The notes beneath the pieces were generated by a model. It had not been told where the DNA came from. It made no database searches and was given only the letters and a program-made list of their open reading frames with translations. 64,000 nucleotides of DNA from Bacteroidia bacterium (GTDB lineage Bacteria > Bacteroidota > Bacteroidia > NS11-12g > UBA9320), in NCBI GenBank assembly GCA_965216465.1, contig CBDCFW010000006.1, forward strand, positions 576,001 to 640,000, written 5' to 3'. The position numbers were made by a program, and so were the translations under genes. How positions within the stretch are numbered: position 1 is the stretch's first letter; the number at the start of each line of letters is the position of its first letter. Of this stretch, positions 47,801 to 55,467 are shown one piece after another.

Positions 47801-50798
47801 ATTTGGAGATGTTTTACATATCGACCTCGAAACTGGTGTGCAATCAAATTTCATTTCAGACAATAACAATTATCACTCCGGAAGAAGTAATCCATTTAAA
47901 CACGATGGATCTCGCTATACTTTAGCCAATTTTCGAAATACAACAACCTGGGATAGCAATAGCATTGAAGTAGATCCTATGTACTATAGCACCCGAGATC
48001 TTCACATTAACAGTAAAGACCTTAACGCAAAAGGTAAACCGCTTAGCTCAGTAACAGACGACTATGATAAACAGCTACGTGAGCCAACACCTGATATAGG
48101 TGCCGATGAAATTGAGGTGCATAACTTTGACTTAAGAGCCTTAGGCGTTGACTTAAGTACTTTAAAAGCATGTGGATGGAATGACCAAAGCATTGATGTA
48201 ATAGTAGACAATTTCGGCAACTCGCAGATTGACACTTTCGATGTTATCTGCATGGTTAAGGGACCGATTTCTGATACCATAACACAGACATTTAATGTGT
48301 CTGTAATTCCTGATCAAAGAGATACCTTCTCGGTTGATAGTTTTGATTTTAGTCAACCAGGTGAATATTCTATACAATTTGTCGTTCGTGATAATCTCGA
48401 TAGCGCGTTCTTTAACGACACATTTACTACTTCTTACACCTCAACACGAAACACGGGACCAATTGTATCAGGATATGAAGGCTGCGAAAACAAATCGTAT
48501 ATTGTTACTTTCTATGGCCCTTTAGGTTACAACTCATATAACTGGTATAATAATCCTTTCGGAGGTTCTAGTATTTCATCATCAAGAATTTTTTCAAATG
48601 TTGGTGTAAAAACTAAATCCGACTCATTCTATCTTGAGTTGGGGTCAAGTAATTTAGACTCTTTAGGCCCAATTAATGATGGTACAGGAAGCAAATACAA
48701 CTCAACCGAACTTTCAAAAGGGTTGAAATTTGACGTACTCGAGGCTTCCATTCTGAATAGTCTAAATGTAAAATTGGCTAGCCTGAATGAAGTTGTACAA
48801 ATCAATATCGTTAACGACGACGGAATTCTGGCATATCAAAAAACGTTTAATGCAACTCAAGTTGGATGGAACACATTAAACCTACAAGCGTATCTCCCAA
48901 AAGGACAAAACTATGTTATTACAGCTACTGGAACTAAAGCAGGAACGATGATGGTTAACACATCTGGATTATCCTATCCATATCACAACCAAGATTCTAG
49001 CTTTGTATTAAAATCGGATGCGGATGGAACACTAACCGAATATCCTTTCTTCTACAATTGGAAGGTGTCTAAAGCATCTTGTTTTGACCGTGTTCCTGTG
49101 ATAATGTCAATCCTCAAAAAACCGGAAACCCCACTAATTTTTGTGGATTCAATTTGCGCAGGAGATGACTTGGTTGCTTATACCAACGATACAGCAAATA
49201 CACACAACTGGTATACATCATCAACACAGACTACACCTTTCACTACGAATGATACAGCAACGTTGCTTAGCAGAACCAGCTCAGGAAAAATTTATGTTCA
49301 AGTTGACAGTTCAAATACATGTCAATCTGATCGTGCGGAGGCTACTTATATAGTAAACTTGAAGCCCGACAGTCCTTTAACAATTGATAGCTCAAACTGT
49401 TCTGGTGATTCTATTGTTCTAAACTACCAGTCTGACAGTTTAACCTGGCTGTGGCATGCTGACAGCTTAAGACAACAGTTAATTCTAACGGGTAATTACC
49501 TTGTAATACATACTGCAAATGATACCGTTTTATGGGCTAGCCGAAGTTCAAATAACTGTTTAAGCGAGCCAAGTAAAATTAGCATACAAAGCACTTCGTT
49601 GCCCTCACCTCCAATTATTAATGGAGATACTACATATTGTTTCAACGATTCATTGAAATTTAATAGTGTCGATGGTAGGTCCTACCTGTGGAATTATGAT
49701 AGCGATTACACACTAGATTCAAATAGTACATTCAAATCAACTCATCAAAACACCGGATTTCATCAACTTAATATCTCAATTGCAATTGGTAACTGCATCA
49801 GCTCAATTACAAAAACAATCGAAGTTAAAGCCAATCCAATAGCACCACCAGCAATTGATGACAGTTTATGTGTTGGCTCGGATATTGTGTTGAGTGGTAA
49901 TTCCAACTACACCAATTTCTGGTACATAAGTAATTCTTCTTCAAGCTTCGATTCGAGCTTAAATTTACAACTCCAGAATTTATCCGGTGATACCACTTTG
50001 TACTTAGAACATGATAGTCTTGGATGCCGAAGTGATCGCGTTGCTCAAACGCTTATAGTTCGCGATACCTTTGCTCCAAAAGTAAATGATATCTATAGCG
50101 ACAGTGCTTGTATCGGTGATTCTATCACCCTAAACTTAGACCCATCTTCTGGAAGTGGACATTGGTATAAGGAATCATTTAGCTCAGATTCACTATCCAC
50201 AGGAAGTTCAAAGGTGTTTTATCAAACATCTCAATCTGGGAAGTACTTGGTCTTTGCATCTAACCAATACTGTTCAAGCGATACGCAAGAAATAAACATG
50301 GCTATTCATCCTATTCCCAATGCAAGTTTCAACTATTCAATTAGTGGCAATACCTTACACCTTAGGTCTGATTCTACTCATCCAAACTTTAGCCATACTT
50401 GGGAAATTGAAGGTCAAGATGAAGGCAGTGAAGACTCCCTAGAATATATCGCTTCAACAAATGGAACGTATCAAGTTATTCATACAATCATAGATCAAAT
50501 TACAGGATGTGAGATTAGTGATACTCAATCCGTCCAAATGGATCGAGTTGGCGTTCATGGTGTTCAAACGAACATCACAACGTTGTATCCAAACCCAGCG
50601 AATGAATGGTTTTCAATCAAGTTTACAAAACTTCCAAAGACGCTTTATCTGTATGATCAATATGGAAAATTGGTTAAAGAATACAATTTAGAAGATGGTA
50701 ATCGATTTGACATTAAGGGGTTAGCGTCAGGTATTTATGTTATAACCTATGAAATTGATAATAGGATTTACCAGGCCAAATTGGTTAAAAGGCAGTAG
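41820..50798 (+). CDS. Giant T9SS-secreted protein: four beta-helix + CARDB-like modules, Ig-like repeats, PKD-like domain, CTD
   Basis: Signal ending SFA-Q; four modules opening with (L/I)SG-x-Y-x-(V/I)...G(V/I/L)-x-GP and closing with DIG(A)DE-like; Cys-containing Ig-like repeats; LYPNPA...LASGIY CTD. ATG 41820 preferred to TTG 41784. Confidence 0.85.
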   Translation: MIENLKSLIFKLGMVLALSLICTFSFAQLSGTYTINKGEPHTSSNYTSFQQAFDSLHKYGVSGPVVFEVVDTSGTYVGSTWLHRIPGTSSVNTVLFKNSSINNGPATMGTSNFCSSAVLAMDSCSYVTFDGLRINNFVSCQPIWLYDLNHHITFKNMKFFGHANGTSRAIYKRSTGKPQHDILIDSCEFSRFGIAIYFDSWLASVGGDLDSNNTVTNCSFDGTGFNCIYEKNGNFSNNNIYISDSFTSFSGNPTSMGFRIEDMAGGVIEKNRVHIQSNAGVRGIRVQRSGGYYSNIPVLIKNNVVTIDNRGTFLPAYGLYMYHPDSATIYQNTFVVNSDAANTSAIWMYSLDTTNYCRIKNNIFHLEKAGSSFSGPSTTTYPNHCDYNNWYFGSFDTSLLNIDTVKSFLRSQGMDSNSTFINPYFDSAHFRPFHAGLNAAGVSGLGITDDFDDDLRGSPPDIGADEFNPDPNSAALFALENTVYCSGVDSVYVEVENVGSNMLTSLEILWEKSINGGSWSSHETVNWSGSVANNNRAILNLGDYSFSWSDKVKFRYLIKKVNGLNVSQNHINSDSTPELHVGLSGTYSVGQPTDDFPTLDSAINVLNDRGICSSIIFELSDGYHYGHHKVNRFITRNDYDSVLFISKNEHKAILHDSTTSSPLSAKLLINGAKSLTFQDLKFEHIEPVSYTYVVFDSACSNIRFDNIIFGKNNYAISNNMSAQISNLTITNCVADSFNHFVSLYANDSGERHRNILLAGNSTRVTNLFFFIEQASNVTLEQNSFDNLSFVGQGREFGGFRNCDNIILSRNLIKVKSSTALYVDNYYADNPSVVLINNDIQQLENTSYTYDHSVVFRYCDLQLLHNSFTCYKSKMDESLVDAFGYTSTSVIHGNSFVNYGDGMSLSVVDYDSLSLSSNNFYSNGKRLVQLREYGEQFVEWVTPDSLNINVDPLFRPGESSVSNHPNFVDALEATIQLDLHGSPRDSLTDIGPYNLDSTFGNLELSGIQKGFCEGVNPIQFEVTNFGLDTVSNFQVQAYQRSIDSITWNPTGSQILSSSIPPGEKQEFSIDSFSIGIMDQREIKLEIKQVNSSIDSIGLFNELISDTIVSGISGDFIVGGTVHDFVNLFDALDTLYKRGLCGPVRLLVRDTIYKEQLKISAINGSSNINTLTIKSHPANSGKVRFEVKGIDEEEKCIIHIDNAANIVFDSLHIESKDAGIASDLVFASLIKMTNVVKNIEIYNTTLQDINTTAYRAHICLGDFISGSLFHCNRLIVSNCDFSKGTSPFRFGHFSQSWSNDYVKVTGSSFSDHKSYGGVIRCDSLYFNNNRFIDNGSGTCGFNLRAQYGEVDGNIWNANKGPVGGSVFTLFQDRDIDSNGAIWVKNNMINQVENSTGVLRSKMIYAQSGNVNIVHNSIQYKSNSIFASSNALFPMYHEDANIMFMNNNVVVDAMRPLFDFNFRDSIQIIDHNNYQVGFSGSSPYDLRFCLRPNIESLKEYKDSLRFDSNSISKDPKFLSNTNLRASSPYIWASGKFIAHAHLDIDSADRQQGSTDIGVNQVTRYDRNASLYWHDPLFCSDTQDIAVGVINEGVDTITSINLHWDYLDHNNQWQLGGSKIITTNLATFDSAELVISRFFMHEDSFYQFKFVIDSINHDTDQFNAEDSFETEEFQIALHGIYTVGNNNSDYSTIIKAVEALETRGICGPTWMNLEPRDFTKFLTIGSVRGTSQDNHLVFQSDPNLGGRARFVTKFNSSFDPPLDASGLSFAEFRNLSFVGFDNRNRTLCFIEDCKNVSLRNDSIYYADPVVAGPSIIVVNGECQYITIDSCIIREKRLGIELRQDIRKPVDNNFEITNNRIEQIGQAIIAYSTKNLLVRENDISVTATPGIGIGQGRGIRVEKNSIYASYNGPVNALDITSSALFPHDTTYVINNMISVAGNSTGGSKALNLELEDAVVANNSAYLGSTTQNSAVAAYFHLDRDSATILHYNNSYQTNQFGDVLHIDLETGVQSNFISDNNNYHSGRSNPFKHDGSRYTLANFRNTTTWDSNSIEVDPMYYSTRDLHINSKDLNAKGKPLSSVTDDYDKQLREPTPDIGADEIEVHNFDLRALGVDLSTLKACGWNDQSIDVIVDNFGNSQIDTFDVICMVKGPISDTITQTFNVSVIPDQRDTFSVDSFDFSQPGEYSIQFVVRDNLDSAFFNDTFTTSYTSTRNTGPIVSGYEGCENKSYIVTFYGPLGYNSYNWYNNPFGGSSISSSRIFSNVGVKTKSDSFYLELGSSNLDSLGPINDGTGSKYNSTELSKGLKFDVLEASILNSLNVKLASLNEVVQINIVNDDGILAYQKTFNATQVGWNTLNLQAYLPKGQNYVITATGTKAGTMMVNTSGLSYPYHNQDSSFVLKSDADGTLTEYPFFYNWKVSKASCFDRVPVIMSILKKPETPLIFVDSICAGDDLVAYTNDTANTHNWYTSSTQTTPFTTNDTATLLSRTSSGKIYVQVDSSNTCQSDRAEATYIVNLKPDSPLTIDSSNCSGDSIVLNYQSDSLTWLWHADSLRQQLILTGNYLVIHTANDTVLWASRSSNNCLSEPSKISIQSTSLPSPPIINGDTTYCFNDSLKFNSVDGRSYLWNYDSDYTLDSNSTFKSTHQNTGFHQLNISIAIGNCISSITKTIEVKANPIAPPAIDDSLCVGSDIVLSGNSNYTNFWYISNSSSSFDSSLNLQLQNLSGDTTLYLEHDSLGCRSDRVAQTLIVRDTFAPKVNDIYSDSACIGDSITLNLDPSSGSGHWYKESFSSDSLSTGSSKVFYQTSQSGKYLVFASNQYCSSDTQEINMAIHPIPNASFNYSISGNTLHLRSDSTHPNFSHTWEIEGQDEGSEDSLEYIASTNGTYQVIHTIIDQITGCEISDTQSVQMDRVGVHGVQTNITTLYPNPANEWFSIKFTKLPKTLYLYDQYGKLVKEYNLEDGNRFDIKGLASGIYVITYEIDNRIYQAKLVKRQ

Positions 50799-51056
50799 TT
50801 AATTTCTGAAATACCCGTATAGTTTTATAACTACAAAACCAAGACCAAGAATATTTAAAATCACCCATACTCCATAGCAGAAGTAAGCAACCCTCTCCGA
50901 TGCAGTCATGCTCTCTAGGCTGTAAAAAGTTCCTTCAGAAGGCTCATAAAAATCTTCATAATTGAGCAGCAACAATCCAAGGAAAATATAAATCCCGAGG
51001 TCAACTAGGACCACAAGAATTATAATTAACACCCGCTTTAAAATTCCTTGCTGCAT
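50799..51056 (-). CDS. Small two-TM hypothetical protein
   Basis: 85 aa, two hydrophobic helices flanking YEDFYEPSEG. Confidence 0.65.
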   Translation of the reverse strand: MQQGILKRVLIIILVVLVDLGIYIFLGLLLLNYEDFYEPSEGTFYSLESMTASERVAYFCYGVWVILNILGLGFVVIKLYGYFRN

Positions 51057-51156
51057 CTACTGCAAGTTCCTTGAACAAAAAGCTTAGAACAACTATTTTC
51101 GATTATTGAAAGCAAATAGAGTACGAAACGTAATCTATATTTGTGCAAACCGACTT

Positions 51157-51927
51157 ATGCAGCTACCCATCAACATTAATTTCCTTATCGGATCAACACA
51201 AGCGAGGTTAAAGATGATTGGTTACATCCTTCTGGCACAAACCATGTTTTACGTGATTGTAAGGCCCTTTTACATGGTGCACTATGAGCTAAAGGACTAT
51301 GTCATTGTGAATGCCGCTTATTTTGCAATTAGTGCATTGGTGCTATCTTTTGCTTTCTTGGTTATCCCAAGTTTATTTGAATCATGGTACAATAAACAAT
51401 TACAGCATTCAAAACGTAGGATGTGGTTCATTGGTTCTGCAATAGGCTTAATTGGCATACTTATATTTACATTTAAAATTGGCTTTGGCTATTATGAGTT
51501 TACCGCCGAAAGAGTGGTAACTGGTGCGCTGAGTTTAGCATTTTTAGGTGCTATTCCGTTAATCATTCTTCACCTTGCAAATAAGCATCCAAACGCCATC
51601 AATAATCAGCACATCGATCGTAAAATAGAAATAGGAAACGAATTAATTCCTGTTTCAAAGATCATCTATTTCTCGACCGACCGGAATAATCTGCATTTTC
51701 AAATTCTGGAAGATCAAATTCGCGAGATTAGACTTAGGTCAACGTTAAAATCATTCTTATCTAAACTGAATCAAGAAGATTGTTTTGTGCAAGTTCACCG
51801 AGCATTTGTCGTCAATAAATCAATGATTAAATCTATGCACTTAAAGGGTAAGAACAAACATGTGGTGCTTGATGGAATAGATGGCAAAATCCCCGTAGGA
51901 GATTCCTTCGTTTCAAATTTGAAATAA
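51157..51927 (+). CDS. Membrane-anchored LytTR-domain transcriptional regulator
   Basis: Four TM segments, then IIYF, LRSTLK, FVQVHRAFVVN, IPVG. ATG 51157 follows TATATTTG at 51136-51143. Confidence 0.85.
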   Translation: MQLPININFLIGSTQARLKMIGYILLAQTMFYVIVRPFYMVHYELKDYVIVNAAYFAISALVLSFAFLVIPSLFESWYNKQLQHSKRRMWFIGSAIGLIGILIFTFKIGFGYYEFTAERVVTGALSLAFLGAIPLIILHLANKHPNAINNQHIDRKIEIGNELIPVSKIIYFSTDRNNLHFQILEDQIREIRLRSTLKSFLSKLNQEDCFVQVHRAFVVNKSMIKSMHLKGKNKHVVLDGIDGKIPVGDSFVSNLK

Positions 51928-51939
51928 CAATTTTCCATC

Positions 51940-51967
51940 TTTATCCCTCAAAATGCGTATTCATCCC
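51940..51967 (+). promoter_or_regulatory. Putative LytTR direct-repeat operator
   Basis: TTTATCCC (51940-51947) and TTCATCCC (51960-51967), 20-bp period, between the LytTR gene and the next gene. Confidence 0.55.
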
Positions 51968-52021
51968 ACCGGTTAGAATTACTGCTTTCGTGCATATAAA
52001 TTAGCTCAACAAAATGCTTTT

Positions 52022-53071
52022 ATGATGCACAGATTTAAGCCACTTCTTGCACTGCTCTTATTCTCCCAAACGCTTTTTGCTCAACCAGATAGTTCTGGTC
52101 TGCTCAAGAATTTTCTAACGCGAAACTTTAATGTTGGAATTAGTGCCGGTATCGGTTCAGGCCATGCCGGATATGTACTGCCTAGCCCAGTAATAAAGCT
52201 CGGCAGACTTGAGCTTCAAGGGAGTCAAATCCAATCCAGATTAACTGATATTTCTGGGTTTCAGGCTGAATTGAATGCAATTCCTATCGAAACTAAATCG
52301 CAAACCGAACAATACTTCTGTTTGGCCTTTGGCTCTATGTTGAATAGAAACTTTCCCATTCGTGATAGGCAAATTTGGAGCAATGAGGTGCTGGTCGGTT
52401 ACAATCGTTTCAAGCTGAATAAACGAACTAAATTCTCCGCAAAAATTGGAATTGGTTTCACAAGAATTGACAATCTACAAGACAGATACAAAGGGGACCA
52501 CATTCATCCCACAATGGAGCTTTCTTATACATGGAGTGCACTGAAGTATATTCCAAAAGATAACGCTATACTTAGCAAACATGTTTACCAATGGAGGATG
52601 CAAAAATTAAGACCTTGGTTAGCCCATTACTTCAATCCATATATCTCTCTTGGAGTTGGTGCTGATCGATTTATAGCCATGCCCGCAATTGGCATCAGAT
52701 CAGGACGAGTGGGCACGAAACTAAGTCTCTTTAACGATGGTACTGCCGGAGCTGGTGGTGGAATTGGAATTGATGTAGATCTAAAACCGCTAAAACCGAG
52801 ATCAAACTATAGTCAAAACTTGAGTATAATGCTCTCTTCGATGTCGTATGGTATTGCAGATGGAGGTCAAGATGGCTACTTCTATGTTCATGGTCTGTCA
52901 ATCGGAAAATCAATGATTAAAAAGGAAGGTAGACACCGTTTAGCATTTCACGTTGGAATTGGAAGATACGATCACGATATTTATACTGCAGAACCTTTCT
53001 TTACTAAAAAACTTCCAAGTATTACCCCTTTGGCTGACTTTTCGTATGACGTTTATCTATTCAACCCCTAA
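52022..53071 (+). CDS. Exported protein, probable outer-membrane beta-barrel with internal duplication
   Basis: Signal ending LFA-Q; alternating hydrophobic strands; two similar halves. Confidence 0.6.
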   Translation: MMHRFKPLLALLLFSQTLFAQPDSSGLLKNFLTRNFNVGISAGIGSGHAGYVLPSPVIKLGRLELQGSQIQSRLTDISGFQAELNAIPIETKSQTEQYFCLAFGSMLNRNFPIRDRQIWSNEVLVGYNRFKLNKRTKFSAKIGIGFTRIDNLQDRYKGDHIHPTMELSYTWSALKYIPKDNAILSKHVYQWRMQKLRPWLAHYFNPYISLGVGADRFIAMPAIGIRSGRVGTKLSLFNDGTAGAGGGIGIDVDLKPLKPRSNYSQNLSIMLSSMSYGIADGGQDGYFYVHGLSIGKSMIKKEGRHRLAFHVGIGRYDHDIYTAEPFFTKKLPSITPLADFSYDVYLFNP

Positions 53072-53180
53072 AGGCAGCGCTTATCTAGACAATATTTTCA
53101 ACCCTTATTTGGATCTAAAGAAATAGAAAAATTCTAGTTACATGAACGCTTGAATAAGCCTATCCTTTGATAGTTACCAC

Positions 53181-53873
53181 TTAAACATCTTCTAACATGA
53201 CGCCTATACCTGTTCCATGAATTGAAAACTCAGGATAATCAAACGAATCAGATTCAACAATGTGCCTTGGATAGTGTTCTTTATCAATGAGATGAAATTT
53301 CTCAATACTGTACCGCTGCGTTTTCTTGTTTATCGGGTTTAACAGCTTATTGAGGTCTTTATCTAGAGTGGAGTTTAAGAGAAAAGTGTCTAATTGGTCA
53401 TAATCAATTCTGTTCCTTCCAAACTGACTTTCATATTGTTCTGAAAGTTCTCTCGCCAAATCGACATATCTCAGAGGAGATTGTAAGTAAATTCTTCTAA
53501 GTCTACTTAAATCAAAATCCTCTTTTATAACACTGAAGCAGCCTTGAAGACTATTCAACTCAAATTCTAGGTAAGTGGGCTCTCCTTCTATAGTTCTCGT
53601 TGAAACCGTTAGCGAACTATCAGCTCGTATATCTGAAACAGAAACTATTAGATCCAATGTATCTTGACCAGAAACCAAATAATAAAGGCAAACTTGAGAA
53701 TAAAAATCCTTCTCAAAAGAGCTTCTAAGTTCCTTTTCTACTTTTACAACGGTGGTATCATTTTCGACTGATTCACCATTTGCCTTGGCACTATTGTCCA
53801 TATTTGAGCATGACTGCAAGCCAAAAATAATTACGACGGCACTATAGATGAGATAATTTTGATAGAGTTTCAT
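53181..53873 (-). CDS. Hypothetical lipoprotein
   Basis: From ATG 53873: hydrophobic stretch and lipobox LQSC. Confidence 0.65.
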   Translation of the reverse strand: MKLYQNYLIYSAVVIIFGLQSCSNMDNSAKANGESVENDTTVVKVEKELRSSFEKDFYSQVCLYYLVSGQDTLDLIVSVSDIRADSSLTVSTRTIEGEPTYLEFELNSLQGCFSVIKEDFDLSRLRRIYLQSPLRYVDLARELSEQYESQFGRNRIDYDQLDTFLLNSTLDKDLNKLLNPINKKTQRYSIEKFHLIDKEHYPRHIVESDSFDYPEFSIHGTGIGVMLEDV

Positions 53874-53963
53874 TATGGTGCAAGTTAACAAAAACCAAAG
53901 TAGTCTGCATTATAGCATTTAATAATCTACTTATTATCAATATATTGCAACCACAATCAATCT

Positions 53964-55310
53964 ATGAAAAACATTATTCTCAGCTTATGCACTCTCCTAA
54001 TCGGATTTAATAGTCTAGCTCAAACTGTGGTTTCCTCTGATGCAACCGCACAGAAATATTCTAATTCTGGAATGGTCAACCTCGGCAATGACGCCTTCGT
54101 AACTTGGTACCAAGGTTATGGCACTTCTACTAAGCAACAAACAAGTGCTGTTCAGCTTATTAGGGGTGGTGAGCAGGCCTGGATGCTAGAGCTTGATTTT
54201 GATGATAATTTCTACTTTGATGGAATTTGCACAGGGTCTCCAGGAGGAAAATACACCTACTTAATTCTACAAAATCGCAAAGAAGAAGGATTGATAGTTC
54301 AAGTAGATAACGCGGGCGATTTAGTTGAAAGTGTTGTTGAAGTTCCTAGTCATTTTAACAATATTAAAGCAGCTGTTTGTGATGAAAACAATCTCTATCT
54401 AATCTGTGATACTTATGACAAAACGCCAAGTGTAAAGGAGTCATTTAGCAAGTTTGACCCAAAGCTAATTACTTATAGTCACGAAGATGGTCTTCAAGAA
54501 ACATCGTCAATTGAACTCGAATACGTAGAATATAACAACAGCAATTCTCAATGGCAATTTCGAGATTTCGATGATGGCTTGTTCTATTTCTCAAAAACCG
54601 AGGTTTATAAAGACCAAATAAAATGGACATTAGCTGCAGTGAATACTGATGGCACCAAAGAATCCTCAATCACAAAAGCAATTAACATTGAAAATCTTCA
54701 GATTAGAGGCTTAAGCATTGAAGGCTCAAAAGCCAACAATATAAAATGCATGTACATTAAGCCTAATGAAACTGTTACATCAAGTGGAATTTTAAGACCA
54801 GGTAGCTTCGAGCATATTGAAGTCGATGCAGAGAACAATCGAATTTTTGTTATGTGGCAGGAGGGAAAGAAATCTAAACCAACTCTCGCAATTCATTCTT
54901 ATGATCTTTCAGGGGAACCAATAAAACGTATCGGCGATATAAAAATTAAGCTAAACGCCGCAGGAGGAACATCAGCTTTCAATATTGTTCAGGTCGATTT
55001 GAAACATGATGGAGGGATTATAGTCGACTCAAAACTTGGAGAAGCACTCATAATCGAATCAGAAGGCAGCACTAAGACTATAGAACTTGATGCAGAGAAA
55101 ATTGCCAAAATAGTCATGCCATTGCAGATTGAACTTTATGAAAGCAACTGCAAAGCATTTGTTCTAGGAAAAGGTTCAAAACTTATTAAGTGGCCTTTGA
55201 GTCGAGCCCTTTTTGAGCCGCATATAATTATCACTGAAGATTACGAATATCTGTTCTTTATGAACGAATCGTCTAAAAGTGCAGAGGTCCTGCAGTTTAA
55301 GCGAAGCTAA
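53964..55310 (+). CDS. Exported beta-rich hypothetical protein
   Basis: Signal ending SLA-Q; short beta strands, possibly a propeller; no CTD recognised. Confidence 0.65.
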   Translation: MKNIILSLCTLLIGFNSLAQTVVSSDATAQKYSNSGMVNLGNDAFVTWYQGYGTSTKQQTSAVQLIRGGEQAWMLELDFDDNFYFDGICTGSPGGKYTYLILQNRKEEGLIVQVDNAGDLVESVVEVPSHFNNIKAAVCDENNLYLICDTYDKTPSVKESFSKFDPKLITYSHEDGLQETSSIELEYVEYNNSNSQWQFRDFDDGLFYFSKTEVYKDQIKWTLAAVNTDGTKESSITKAINIENLQIRGLSIEGSKANNIKCMYIKPNETVTSSGILRPGSFEHIEVDAENNRIFVMWQEGKKSKPTLAIHSYDLSGEPIKRIGDIKIKLNAAGGTSAFNIVQVDLKHDGGIIVDSKLGEALIIESEGSTKTIELDAEKIAKIVMPLQIELYESNCKAFVLGKGSKLIKWPLSRALFEPHIIITEDYEYLFFMNESSKSAEVLQFKRS

Positions 55311-55467
55311 TAGTTTCAAGCAATCAACTATTGCGCTAAGTCCCTTTTTTTCCTTACTTTGTAGATGCCGGTAAGATTCTGAACTTAGTACCCATTAAAT
55401 TTCAAAGAATTACTACGCGCATGAATTATTAGCTTCAGTATCTAACCGCCACTCAAAATCGCGCGTT

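Noticed and set aside
42280-50691. Short alternative-frame and antisense ORFs within the giant gene
   Set aside because: All are 60-81 aa, fully nested in a coherent 9-kb CDS, with no motifs.
55311-55467. Leader with ACGCGC...GCGCGT complementarity before the tail-fibre gene
   Set aside because: Only 6 bp of pairing across a long loop; within chance.
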